NCBI GenBank assembly: GCA_963754585.1
Contig: CAVWGT010000002.1
Span: forward strand, 8,865-72,864
Source: an uncultured Chitinophagaceae bacterium
GTDB taxonomy: Bacteria > Bacteroidota > Bacteroidia > Chitinophagales > Chitinophagaceae
DNA: 64,000 bases
Direction: 5' to 3'
Below are positions 11,478-20,715 of the stretch, piece after piece. Both the position numbers and the translations under genes were made by a program. The notes beneath the pieces were generated by a model, which saw nothing but the letters and a program-made list of their open reading frames with translations, searched no databases and was not told the DNA's origin. Position 1 is the stretch's first letter, and each line of letters begins with the position of its first letter.

Positions 11478-11912
11478 TTACTTTGGTTTATGCAAAGAGG
11501 TTGGTAATCTGTGTGTTTGCCGGATAGCCAAAAGCGTCAGGCTCAGAAAAAAAAGATTGAAAAAAAAGTGCACAGGGAAATCCATAGATTTTAAAACGCC
11601 CCCGCAGCTGCAGGGAACCCTTTCAAAAACATTGAGCAGCACAAGTCCCATGTACCCCGTGAAAAAGCTCATCAGAAGCGCTGAGCCGTACAGGCCCCAA
11701 ACCCGGCTGGATGGGACAAACAGCAAAATCACCACCAGCGTTTCTGAAAGCGGAATCAGCCAGAGCAGCCAGGGTACAGACCAGACCGGGATGGCCTGGT
11801 TAGCAAGCTCTCTTTCAAAAACTTTCAGATCAGCCCATTTCACTGCGGCCGTATACACAAAAAGAAGGATGAGTGCGGCCGTAATCAGCCGGGTAGCCAT
11901 GCTGTTTTTCAT
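11478..11912 (-). CDS. MauE/DoxX-family redox-associated membrane protein
   Basis: 144 aa with 4 hydrophobic segments. AVKWADLKVFERELANQ...VPCSCGGVLKSM is typical of the MauE family. Confidence 0.7.
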   Translation of the reverse strand: MKNSMATRLITAALILLFVYTAAVKWADLKVFERELANQAIPVWSVPWLLWLIPLSETLVVILLFVPSSRVWGLYGSALLMSFFTGYMGLVLLNVFERVPCSCGGVLKSMDFPVHFFFNLFFLSLTLLAIRQTHRLPTSLHKPK

Positions 11913-12087
11913 ATTCAGAAACGTTTTGGAAGGAAAGGGTAGCTATAATTTGTTTTCCATTAATTGTTATAAAGCTAGGATGAAAAAAAGCCATGTAACT
12001 TCCTGTATCGTAAGCGCATATCAAATAAATTTTTGTATGGACCCCTGTAATTTCCCTTTTTTCGAAACCCTTGGAGCAATTTTTTCT

Positions 12088-12648
12088 TTATGTGGGCATT
12101 CTTCGGATTTCACTCATTCGTCCCGGTGAAATTTCCAGATAGCTTGCGATGTCTTTTAAAAGAAGGCGCTGGGACGGGAAAATTTGCCGGAAATGCTCGT
12201 AGGCCAGGGCGGTAGGAAGCGAGCACAGAAATGATTTGAGCTCGCCATGATTTCGGTCATTGAGTATAATCTTGCTGGAAAGCTTGGGTGCTTCCCTAAA
12301 GGTATGGTACAGATAGATGAGGCTGCTGTCTGAAAGTGTGGTCAGGTAGCTGTCTTCTAAAAGCATGATGCTGTCCGTAGCTATTTTGTGACTGGGACCG
12401 CCGGCCAGAAGCATCACCTGATCCTCTTTCCAGAAGCGGGTGACATGTTCTTTTCCTTCCTGATCCTGATAATAGCCCTTGGCAAGACCACTTTTGATAT
12501 ACCAGATCATAGGTGTCTGGCCCTGGCGGCTAAGGATGTCCCCCTTTTTGTAGCGTTTTTGAATGAGCGCCTGATCAAGGGCAAGCCTGAAATCCTGGCT
12601 AAGCGGATAAAGTGCCGCGAAATGATCGGTGAGTTTTAAATTTTTCAT
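12088..12648 (-). CDS. Crp/Fnr-family transcriptional regulator
   Basis: 186 aa. Cyclic-nucleotide-binding-like N-terminus (KKGDILSRQGQTPMIWYIKSGLAKGYY...) and C-terminal HTH (LKDIASYLEISPGRMSEIRR). Confidence 0.8.
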   Translation of the reverse strand: MKNLKLTDHFAALYPLSQDFRLALDQALIQKRYKKGDILSRQGQTPMIWYIKSGLAKGYYQDQEGKEHVTRFWKEDQVMLLAGGPSHKIATDSIMLLEDSYLTTLSDSSLIYLYHTFREAPKLSSKIILNDRNHGELKSFLCSLPTALAYEHFRQIFPSQRLLLKDIASYLEISPGRMSEIRRMPT

Positions 12649-12668
12649 AAAATTGATCCGTTTTGATG

Positions 12669-13859
12669 TCAGTATTCTTTAATCCAGTTGATCACCGATT
12701 CAAGCATTTTGATTACGGTTTGTTTGTCTTTCTCTTCAAAAGCATAGGATTTTGAGCGCATGCTTTCCCAGGAAATTTCAGCTTTCCTGGGCGTGGAAAG
12801 AAAGGGTACAATGCTTTCAAAAACCCTGCTCATCGAGCGCGCTTTTAGGATTCTGAGCGAGTCCAGCGCCCTGAGAAGCAGCCCGATCTGATCTACCGAG
12901 AGAAGGACCATGATTTTGAAGGATTCGGATGCAGGCCCAGCAGCCGCGAGATGTTCAAGCGGGATAGGGTCCGGCTGCGGTATATCTTTGAGATAGCCGA
13001 TCTCCTGGGTAAACCAGTTGGATATGAACTTTCTTATATCCGAATGTGCCGGGCTTAGTTTGATACCTGGCTTTCGGTGCATCTGATTAAACTGCTTGTA
13101 ATGCAAAAGAAGGTGGCGTATCTTTTCGTTCGGCTGCGTGATCGTATCGATTTTACCGGCCAGATACCGGGTATAATAGTCCAAAAATGGCCTGCTGTTA
13201 AAATTAAGATAAACCAAAAGTTCGAGCAGGGCATCGTTGATTTTCGGATGCTGCACGGTCAGTAGCGTTTGTTCTATTCCATAGAGTAGTTCTCTTTGAT
13301 AAAACACGGTCCGGAAACTTACCGGCTGCAGCCAACTGCTTGTATCAATGCTTAAAGAATCCAGCAGAATAGCGACCAGATTGGGGTCCGCATTTTTGGA
13401 TGTAAGCTGATGTTTTGCCTGGCTGATGCGGCTATGATGCTGCCGGGTAAATTCTGCAAGGTAGGTATGCGGTGCATGCTCGTCAAGGTCCAAGTAATCC
13501 CTGTGGCTGCTTTGAATAAAGCTCAAAAGCTCATAGACACACCCGGTGAGCTGTGCCAGCGCGTCTGCTGCCAGGGTGTTCAACGGATTGATCCGGGCTG
13601 TTGCCTGTGCTGCCTGGTCAAGCAGCAGCAGCAGGCTTTGATGGTGCTGTTTGATAAGAAGCTGTATTTTTCGTCTGCTGGAAAGTCTCAGACGCTGGCG
13701 GTTGCAAAAGCTGATGTAATTTTGTTTTTTCTCATGTATCTTCCCGGTGATCTTTTCGTACTGCGCTGTCGAGAGCGTACTTACTTCGGATTCACCGGAT
13801 TCAAGGACAATGGTGATAATGAAATCCAGCCATTCCAGTGTATTTTGCTTTTCTATCAT
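12669..13859 (-). CDS. Hypothetical 396-aa helical protein. The last ~80 aa are reminiscent of the RteC-type C-terminal winged helix (weak).
   Basis: Long intact ORF in a gene-dense same-strand block. The C-terminus FKIMVLLSVDQIGLLLRALDSLRILKARSMSRVFESIVPFL... loosely resembles RteC C-termini. No motif I can name firmly. Confidence 0.5.
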   Translation of the reverse strand: MIEKQNTLEWLDFIITIVLESGESEVSTLSTAQYEKITGKIHEKKQNYISFCNRQRLRLSSRRKIQLLIKQHHQSLLLLLDQAAQATARINPLNTLAADALAQLTGCVYELLSFIQSSHRDYLDLDEHAPHTYLAEFTRQHHSRISQAKHQLTSKNADPNLVAILLDSLSIDTSSWLQPVSFRTVFYQRELLYGIEQTLLTVQHPKINDALLELLVYLNFNSRPFLDYYTRYLAGKIDTITQPNEKIRHLLLHYKQFNQMHRKPGIKLSPAHSDIRKFISNWFTQEIGYLKDIPQPDPIPLEHLAAAGPASESFKIMVLLSVDQIGLLLRALDSLRILKARSMSRVFESIVPFLSTPRKAEISWESMRSKSYAFEEKDKQTVIKMLESVINWIKEY

Positions 13860-13974
13860 AAGAACGTCGAGTTAAAAAACTAAAAATTTTCAGTCCTAGA
13901 AGAGAAGGGAACTATCGCGGTTTGGGGTGCCGGTTGGCATTGACAAGCGAGCTGCTGCTGACATAGGTTTTAAT

Positions 13975-14004
13975 GGAAAGCAGCTCGCAGGTGAGCTGCT
14001 TTCC
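13975..14004 (-). terminator. Perfect 12-bp hairpin 23 nt downstream of the 47-aa peptide ORF
   Basis: GGAAAGCAGCTC-gcaggt-GAGCTGCTTTCC. The T-tail on the minus strand is weak (ATTAAAACC). Confidence 0.55.
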
Positions 14005-14026
14005 TGCTGCCTTTAAGCAGCGTGCT

Positions 14027-14170
14027 TTACTTTGGCGTAATGAGCGTGCAGATCATGCCACTTGTGGTGACAGAATCAGAACCGGGCTTTTCTGATTTAT
14101 TCTGCCAAATCCTGCTTTTAAAGTAATTCAGCGTTACTTCTTTGAAAACGAGTTTTTGATGCTTTTTCAT
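14027..14170 (-). CDS. Candidate RiPP (class I lanthipeptide-like) precursor peptide, 47 aa; below the ORF-track size cutoff
   Basis: My own translation: MKKHQKLVFKEVTLNYFKSRIWQNKSEKPGSDSVTTSGMICTLITPK. Lys-rich MKK..KL.F.KE..L leader-like N-terminus. The last 18 residues hold 7 Ser/Thr and 1 Cys. The same promoter motif as lanB lies 68 nt upstream, and a strong hairpin lies 23 nt downstream. Confidence 0.55.
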   Translation of the reverse strand: MKKHQKLVFKEVTLNYFKSRIWQNKSEKPGSDSVTTSGMICTLITPK

Positions 14171-14231
14171 GATCATCTTTTTGGTTTGTGAAAAATAGGA
14201 CAACCCGCAAAAGAAGCATCACCGGATGAGG

Positions 14232-14295
14232 TGTAAAAATTTATGTGACCGCAGGGTTTTAGCTTGGTTTGAATGGCCAGGATACTGATTTGAAT
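14232..14295 (-). promoter_or_regulatory. Promoter/operator region of the peptide gene: a conserved 24-mer plus two 9-bp direct repeats in 21-bp phase
   Basis: Minus strand: ATTCAAATC (14295-14287) -N12- ATTCAAACC (14274-14266) -N10- CCTGCGGTCACATAAATTTTTACA (14255-14232). The 24-mer contains a TAAATTTT element like the Bacteroidetes -7 box TAnnTTTG. Confidence 0.5.
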
Positions 14296-15438
14296 CGTGT
14301 TTTCTGCCACTGAAAATAGGGCTGAATGGCAAAGCAGCGCCAGTAAATAATCATCGGGCGAATTTTTTTTCAGCATTGCTACATGAAGTAGTGTTTTAGG
14401 CTTGGAATTAGTCGCCGTGTTGCATGTGCGCCGGAGAATTGGACCGCTTGGGATCAAAGAATCGATAACTTAAGTAATGCCGTAGCCGCTGGGGATAAAC
14501 AAGTTTTAGCGGAATGATCCCGTCACAATCGTTTAACCCAGATGTTTCTCTGAAATAGCATCCTATCCAACAAGGATAAGATGCATCCTTAAAATTTGTG
14601 GATCTTGTTAAAAGCTTTACTGTTTGTTAGCCGCTTTTAGTTGCAAGGCAGCAAAGTACTAATGAATCAAAACAATAAGGATGCTGAAAAGTTACAGAAG
14701 TTTGGCAACTAAGAAGATTGGTCCGGGGCAAAAAGGACTATTGATTCCACCGGAGTGTTGAAAGATACGGTTGGTGTGTAAAGGTAGCATCGTAGATGAT
14801 ACTATCCTGCCTGAGGCTGAAATACAGATCAAGCTTGAATGTGACCATCTTGACAGTCGTTTGACAAAACGTCATCGGGCGAGCCTGTTTCCATCGTCCG
14901 AGTTGCAATTTTTTTTTACCCATGTACAGTACTTAATGGACTGATTATCAGTGCGAAAAAAACGTTTCAGCTTAGCACGTACGAACGGTTTTTTGGACTA
15001 AAAATTTCTGCAACTAAAAGCCTAATAACTTTCCAGTACTATAGGCAACAACTTTTTATTTTTTTGGCGGCTACATGGCCATTAGGGTAAGAACTTATCG
15101 GCTGAATGCTTTTTTATGCTGATGCTAATGGCCAATCCTGTGATTGCTTGATCCAATGATTCAGAATATAGCTTCTCACAGGTAAAAAAATGATGTTTTG
15201 GTTTCTTGTCAAAGATTTTGAAAAGAAATGAAGCATTTAATATTACCACTAATTACAGGTGTGAACCGCTGACCGGGATCAAACCCTAATTAGCATTTTA
15301 AGGTTAACTACTTTTTGCCAATTATTTATATTGATCGGTTCGAATACAGATGAAATGAGCTTTTCTAATGGTGGGGGTTAGAGGATACAGGATTATTTTG
15401 AACGTACAGCGTCTTTAATACTTTGTTTTAAACTGAGA

Positions 15439-16623
15439 CTAAGGAGCTTTCAGGGGAACTGCAGGTGAAATCAGCGGCAAATCAAGCGTAATACTGAAAT
15501 GCTTCTCGTTTTCAGTTGCAGTCAGGCTATATTGGCCCTGAGCACTGATTTCAAGACGCTTTTTGATGTTGTCCAGTCCGATGCCGGAATCTCTCTGGTT
15601 TTTGGGTTTGATAAAAACGGCGGGTTTATTGTTTGCGATTATAAAAAGGAGTCTGCCTGCTTTTACACGCAGCTCGACATCGATCCAGCAGTCTTCAAAC
15701 GTTGAGTAAACCCCGTGTTTAAAAGCATTGTCTGCAAGGGTGAAAAGGACCAGCGTCGGCACAAGATGGTCGGGTGAAATCTTCCCTTTTTGCCGGACAT
15801 TGACTTTCAGACGGTCGTTAAAACGCTTGGCTTCCAGGTCCATGAAATGTAGCAGTGCATGCCATTCGCTTTGAAGCGGAATCAGTTCCTGATCCGTCTT
15901 ATAGAGTATAAAACGAAGCACGTCGCTAAGATTGATTAGATAGCCGGACGCCTTTTTGCTAACTTTCAGAAGGTCCGATAAAACAGAATTAAGTACATTG
16001 AAAACTAAGTGGGGTGCTGACTGCGTGCGCAGGATAACCAGTTCGTTTTTTAGTATGTCGGCTTCAAGCGCCCTTTGCTTGATTACAAGATCCCTTTTCT
16101 GAATCAGCTGCTGAACTCCATACTGGAACATTTTAAGACCCAGCGGAAGAAAAAGGATCTGCGTCTCAGTCACATCGTAAATCAGAAGCATTAGCCAGTC
16201 ATCAGCCTGGTTTTGACCGGGCGGCCTTAGGTACATCGTTCCAAAGTGTAGGAAATTCTCCGAAAGGCTGCCGAGCCCGTATTGCTGATCCAAAACAAAA
16301 TAGACCGATACAGTCGTAGTGTGCATCAATAGTACCATAAAAATACCACTGAGCACCATCAGGCTTCCCCCATAATACTTTTCTTTCAGATGGTTAAAGA
16401 CGCCTGCCGACAGATAATATACCGGAATAAACCTTAGGTAATACAGTGCGTAGGCAATCACCCAGCTGGTTTCATAATGAATTTTTTCCTTTGAGCCTGC
16501 AAAGTATAAAAGATGAAACACCATAAATACCAGCCAGAAAACCGCGTGGTACTTCAAGCGTCGTCTCAGCGTCTTGGGCTGCAGAAGATAGCGAAGCGGG
16601 AAATGATTGACATGTTTATCCAT
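15439..16623 (-). CDS. LytS/YehU-type sensor histidine kinase (membrane N-terminus + His_kinase + GHKL ATPase)
   Basis: About 5 hydrophobic segments in the first 170 aa. H-box region RTQSAPHLVFNVLNSV. ATPase motifs TLADNAFKHG and DSGIGLDNIKKRL. Overlaps the regulator gene by 8 nt. Confidence 0.85.
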   Translation of the reverse strand: MDKHVNHFPLRYLLQPKTLRRRLKYHAVFWLVFMVFHLLYFAGSKEKIHYETSWVIAYALYYLRFIPVYYLSAGVFNHLKEKYYGGSLMVLSGIFMVLLMHTTTVSVYFVLDQQYGLGSLSENFLHFGTMYLRPPGQNQADDWLMLLIYDVTETQILFLPLGLKMFQYGVQQLIQKRDLVIKQRALEADILKNELVILRTQSAPHLVFNVLNSVLSDLLKVSKKASGYLINLSDVLRFILYKTDQELIPLQSEWHALLHFMDLEAKRFNDRLKVNVRQKGKISPDHLVPTLVLFTLADNAFKHGVYSTFEDCWIDVELRVKAGRLLFIIANNKPAVFIKPKNQRDSGIGLDNIKKRLEISAQGQYSLTATENEKHFSITLDLPLISPAVPLKAP

Positions 16624-17454
16624 AAAGCGGCCCTAGTTTTTTTAATACCTCGCTTCTTAAATACCGTGAAACCTTGGCCTTGTGCTTGCTTTTGTTCATG
16701 ACCATTTCATTGCCAACCAACTTTTTTGCCAGCTGACCGTTGATGATATACGACCTGTGGGTTTTGATGAAAATGTGCGGTAGCTTCTCGATAAGTAGCG
16801 CAAGTGATATGCGGACCAGGTACGATCTTTCTTTGGTATATATTTCAACGTAGTTGCCTTGTCCTTTCACCATATAAAGGTGACGGTAGGCCACCGAAAG
16901 AATAATCTTGTCCACCCGGATCCACATGATTTTTTCTTCAAAAGCCGGGACCTGCCTTCGATGGGCAAGCATCTGATCCGGGCCGGGTATTTTTTATAAG
17001 GACTTGAAAAGGATGCTGCGAATCACCCAGAAAGCCTTGGTCAGGGTCTGTAAGATCCTGCTGGCGGATTTTGCCTGCTCTTAGCATCCGCACCTTGTGA
17101 ACAGCTTTCAGAAATCTTTCCATCGAGAAAGGCTTCAAAAGAAAATCAGCCACATTGTGATCAAAGCCATCTATCGCAAACCGGGCGTGGGCCGTAGTCA
17201 TAATCACTGACGCACTGATTTTTCCCGACAATACCAAGAAGCTCTAGACCAGAAATGTAAGGCATATCCACATCAAGAAAAATGATGTCAAAATCCCTGG
17301 CAGAGATCGCTTCCACGGCCCTGACTGCATTCATACAGCCTTCGGAAAATTCCAGGCCCGGAATCTTGCTGATATAAAATTTAATGGTTTGGTGTGCTGC
17401 GCTCTCATCATCCACAATGAGACACCGCAGCGGAGGTATAACCTGCTGTTTCAT
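16616..17454 (-). CDS. LytTR-family response regulator, with 2 frame changes
   Basis: Receiver (CLIVDDESAAH...DIIFLDVDMPYISGLELL; SASVIMTTAHARFAIDGFDHNVADFLLKPF) and LytTR domain (YVEIYTKERSYLVRISL...FIKTHRSYIIN) in three overlapping ORFs. The first shift maps to an A5/T5 run near 17215. Confidence 0.8.
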
Positions 17455-17534
17455 CCGAGTCAGAATTTAAATACAACAATTTTTTCTGCTGGGTTATTTT
17501 TAATTACTACGTAACGAAAGGAAGGAGATAATTG

Positions 17535-17545
17535 AATTTATGTGA
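17535..17545 (-). promoter_or_regulatory. Third copy of the TCACATAAATT core, 81 nt upstream of the LytTR regulator start
   Basis: Minus strand ...CCATTATATCACATAAATTCAATTATC... Shares the 11-mer with 14238-14248 and 20722-20732. Confidence 0.4.
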
Positions 17546-17582
17546 TATAATGGTTACATCCTACAACTTTTAGGAATATTTT

Positions 17583-20500
17583 TCAGCGGTTTTTATTTTT
17601 CGAAGTGAAGGCATAATATTTCTTTAGATAATGATAGACGGCCAGTTCCTGTTGCCGGTGACGGCAGTAAAACCAGCGGTTTAAAAATAGGTGCACCAGA
17701 TCAGCTGCCACTTTGGCTTTCACATGCTCCTCTTGCAGTGCAGGGTGGAAACTTAGTCGTTCGAGCAGGGTGGACCGCTTGCTTAGAATCAAGCTAAGCC
17801 TTTGGATGTCGGCAGATTTTTCAGCGCCCATCAGTTGAATGATCTGCTGTTTTTGCGTCCGGTAGTTTTGATCCATTTGCCTTCGAAGCAGTCCGTTGGC
17901 ATCCAGCTCGGCCGAAAACTGCCGGTGCATCGTCTGAATCAAACCGGTCCTGCCTTTCAGATCAAAGCCAAAATCAGTAAGCAGACGATCCGTGCCAAGC
18001 AGTGCTCCTTGCCAGCGGAACTGTTCGTTAGTTGCCATTTCTTTCAGACAATTTAGCACCGTGCAGCTGTCCAGGTGAAAGACGGATTCGATCTTGGCGT
18101 AGACCTGCTGCGGGAAACGTTCGAGTTCCCTTTGATAGCGGTCGGTTTGAACACGCTGAACCATACCACTTTCCAGCATAGGTTGCAAAAGCGTGTGCAG
18201 CTCCTTGATGATAAGTGACCAGAAATCATTTTTACTGCTGTAAAACCGCATGCGGATATGGGGTTCCGGATCCCGGTAACGGATAAAAAACCATTTGCTG
18301 ATGATTCGGCGTTTTTTTAGCAAAACCAGAAACGGAAACAGCGTGCCGGTCAGCAAAGTATCACAAAGCCTTTCTGTGCAATAGATTTTTATATACAGCC
18401 AGCGGGTCCCTGAGGTGAAATTACGGGTCATTCCACCTTGTTTAGTGTAAGCTGGCACCTGTGCAATAGCTGCGGCGTTGTGAGAATTTTTAAAGGGAAT
18501 CACAACTTCGTTTGCGAAATATTTGGCATCCTGCGAGATTAAGCCCTCTGAGGGCCTTTCCAGAGACTCTGTGATGCGAAGGCTGCCTTCTTTTTTTAGC
18601 ATTTGAGCCAGAAGTGCCAGTGAGTGCTCGTTTTGGCTGTCTATCAGAAGCATCTGATCGCCTTTTCCGGCAGTGAAGAACCTTGGGGTATGAATCCTTT
18701 TTTGAACACCTTGCCACCAACTGCGTTTTCTTTTGTCAGACTCCATTTCCCGCTCTCTATTTAGCAGCCAGCTGGCTTTGCTGATGATGAGCTTGTCATA
18801 CTGCACACGGGGCAGAAATGGGGCGTCTTTGTATTTTCTCCAGTCCCAGACCAGCGAAATTGAGTTCTGGCTGCCCAGATCGCAAAGAAAACGGTAAACG
18901 GGAAGGCCCATGCTAAAATTGTGTGCACTGCTCAGCACAGGCATGATCGGTTTTTTTAGCAAAGGGCTGCTCAGTATCAGGTTTTTTCCATCTGGACAGC
19001 TCAGGAAAAGATCGGCAGGGTCAATTCTTTTTTCGGGTATCTTGGTACTTTTTGTTAAATACGGGATCTCAAAGTCTCGAAGATCAGGTCTTTGGGCGAT
19101 GTTACCGGCCTTCCCGTCTGGCAAATGGGCGATCTCTGCATAAATTACTCTTTCATCCTGCGCCTGTTCGCTTTGGATCATATCTGCAACATGCCGGGTG
19201 AGCACCGGATCCTGCGCACAGAACCTTGTCAGAAGGTTGGCTGCCGAGGGGCCGTAAAGTCCTTTAAGCTCAAAAAGAAAATCGCCTTGATCCAGCGCCT
19301 GCGGTGAGTGGGTATGAACACTGCCAAACACATAGAAGCTGGAAGGCAACTGCGGAATATCCGCATTTTCGTTGGCTTTTAGAAGCGCATCGGTAAGCGC
19401 TACCTGCTGGCTTCCCATGGGAGAGGCGGTCTGATAGAGCCCTTCGGCAAGATCATTTAGATGACCGTCCCTGGCCTTTTCGTCAGATTCACTCAGGTCA
19501 ATACCTTTCAGCAGCGGCAGAGTACGCTGCGTGTTGGTGCTTAGTGTGCCGTATCCTATGCCATAATCGTAATCAAGCGCGCACAGCAGCGGAATGGACT
19601 GCTGGCCATAACGGGCGGCAAAACGGCGGGTAAAATCTTGCAGATCCTGACTGTCCGTCTGACTGGAGAGCATGCCGATACGGCTAAGCATAGCCCCGAG
19701 CTTGGAAAGGAACTTATGGCTGAATGTAGCAGTATTCGCCTGGAAACCAAGTGTTGTATGAATGGTATTTTCCAAAGGATGATCCGTTTTAATCAGGTGA
19801 TTAAGCATTTTGTTGATCTGAGCCACCGGGGCGTTTTTATCAAGCTTTTTTTGGATTCGTCCTATCCTGCCTACCACCGCCTTTGTTCTCTTAAGTGTTT
19901 TGAGCGCTACTGAAAGGAGTGTAAGATAGTCCTGTCCGGTAATGTTGAGCTCGATACTGCTGACAAGAATCTGCGCTTTGATCAGCTCATTTACATATGC
20001 CTTAGCGCTTGCAGCACTTAATTTTTCATGCCTTAAAAGCGAAGTGAGTTGCAAAGGAGTGAGCCCTTTTTTCGCGCGGTCCAGTAACTTTCCAAGTGCC
20101 GGGTGAAATTCAGCCTGACTCAGTAGGGATATCGTTTGGTAAGAATCTGGCAGCCTTCTGATGTATCGGTAACTTTCCCCGACCCTGTACAGCGAGGAGC
20201 TTGGGTAAAAAAGAAGCTGGGATCGTAGATGGTCTTTTCCAAGAATATATTTCTGAATGGCGTGCTGCGCGCTGGTGTCCAGACGGCATCGTATGGCCAA
20301 AGGGTTTTGCACGCTGAAGTCAATTTGGGTGCGCGCCGCTGTTTCAAAAGTAAGGTAGCCTGCAAAAAGACCAAAAGGCGTGCATCTGCCGCAAGCGCGG
20401 ATTAAATATTTGTAAAGGCTTATAAGAAGCTTTTCTTTTCCTTTTACCGGTTTTTGGTCCACAAGAGCCCGGGTCATCTCATAAAGCGTGCCTGAGGCGA

Positions 20501-20660
20501 GCTGGATGCCTTCTAACAAAACAGGATCAGAAAAGATTTTTTGCAGCTCTGGTTCAAATCTTGAAGGATCCTTGCTGGTAAGATTGTGAAAGGATATCAG
20601 AACGTTTCTAGGCAAAAGAGGGCGCCGAAGCACACCAAAGCCGTAAGGTTGCAGTTTCAT
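17583..20660 (-). CDS. lanB: Full-length class I lanthipeptide dehydratase (LanB-type: N-terminal glutamylation domain + C-terminal elimination / SpaB_C domain)
   Basis: Intact 1025-aa ORF. N-terminal YKYLIRACGRCTPFGLFAGY is typical of Lant_dehydr_N. C-terminal RWLYIKIYC...KWFFIRYRDPEPHIRMRFY is typical of the thiopeptide-type bacteriocin biosynthesis (Lant_dehydr_C) domain. Confidence 0.85.
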   Translation of the reverse strand: MKLQPYGFGVLRRPLLPRNVLISFHNLTSKDPSRFEPELQKIFSDPVLLEGIQLASGTLYEMTRALVDQKPVKGKEKLLISLYKYLIRACGRCTPFGLFAGYLTFETAARTQIDFSVQNPLAIRCRLDTSAQHAIQKYILGKDHLRSQLLFYPSSSLYRVGESYRYIRRLPDSYQTISLLSQAEFHPALGKLLDRAKKGLTPLQLTSLLRHEKLSAASAKAYVNELIKAQILVSSIELNITGQDYLTLLSVALKTLKRTKAVVGRIGRIQKKLDKNAPVAQINKMLNHLIKTDHPLENTIHTTLGFQANTATFSHKFLSKLGAMLSRIGMLSSQTDSQDLQDFTRRFAARYGQQSIPLLCALDYDYGIGYGTLSTNTQRTLPLLKGIDLSESDEKARDGHLNDLAEGLYQTASPMGSQQVALTDALLKANENADIPQLPSSFYVFGSVHTHSPQALDQGDFLFELKGLYGPSAANLLTRFCAQDPVLTRHVADMIQSEQAQDERVIYAEIAHLPDGKAGNIAQRPDLRDFEIPYLTKSTKIPEKRIDPADLFLSCPDGKNLILSSPLLKKPIMPVLSSAHNFSMGLPVYRFLCDLGSQNSISLVWDWRKYKDAPFLPRVQYDKLIISKASWLLNREREMESDKRKRSWWQGVQKRIHTPRFFTAGKGDQMLLIDSQNEHSLALLAQMLKKEGSLRITESLERPSEGLISQDAKYFANEVVIPFKNSHNAAAIAQVPAYTKQGGMTRNFTSGTRWLYIKIYCTERLCDTLLTGTLFPFLVLLKKRRIISKWFFIRYRDPEPHIRMRFYSSKNDFWSLIIKELHTLLQPMLESGMVQRVQTDRYQRELERFPQQVYAKIESVFHLDSCTVLNCLKEMATNEQFRWQGALLGTDRLLTDFGFDLKGRTGLIQTMHRQFSAELDANGLLRRQMDQNYRTQKQQIIQLMGAEKSADIQRLSLILSKRSTLLERLSFHPALQEEHVKAKVAADLVHLFLNRWFYCRHRQQELAVYHYLKKYYAFTSKNKNR

Positions 20661-20715
20661 AAAGACGCTTTTTTAAGTATATCATTGGCTGTAAAGTTGG
20701 TCAGGCGACTCTTTT

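Noticed and set aside
11233-12129. A 298-aa + strand ORF.
   Set aside because: It runs antisense across the small-peptide gene, the MauE/DoxX gene and the Crp 3' end. Its composition is low-complexity Ser/Lys-rich with no motifs. The minus-strand genes have clear family signatures.
14173-14457. A 94-aa minus-strand ORF just upstream of the peptide gene, and an analogous 51-codon ORF (20657-20812) that ends in an ATGA overlap with the lanB start. The two share a C[GC]HINFY stretch.
   Set aside because: The shared amino acids are simply the translation of the conserved 24-nt DNA motif. The flanking protein sequence is unrelated and low-quality, and both ORFs cover what look like promoter/leader regions. 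A translationally coupled leader ORF before lanB cannot be fully excluded.
14681-14761. A 26-codon + strand ORF (MLKSYRSLATKKIGPGQKGLLIPPEC) in the AT-rich gap, considered as an autoinducing peptide for the LytS/LytTR pair.
   Set aside because: It is on the opposite strand to the whole locus and has no promoter motif, terminator or processing gene. ORFs of this size are expected by chance here.
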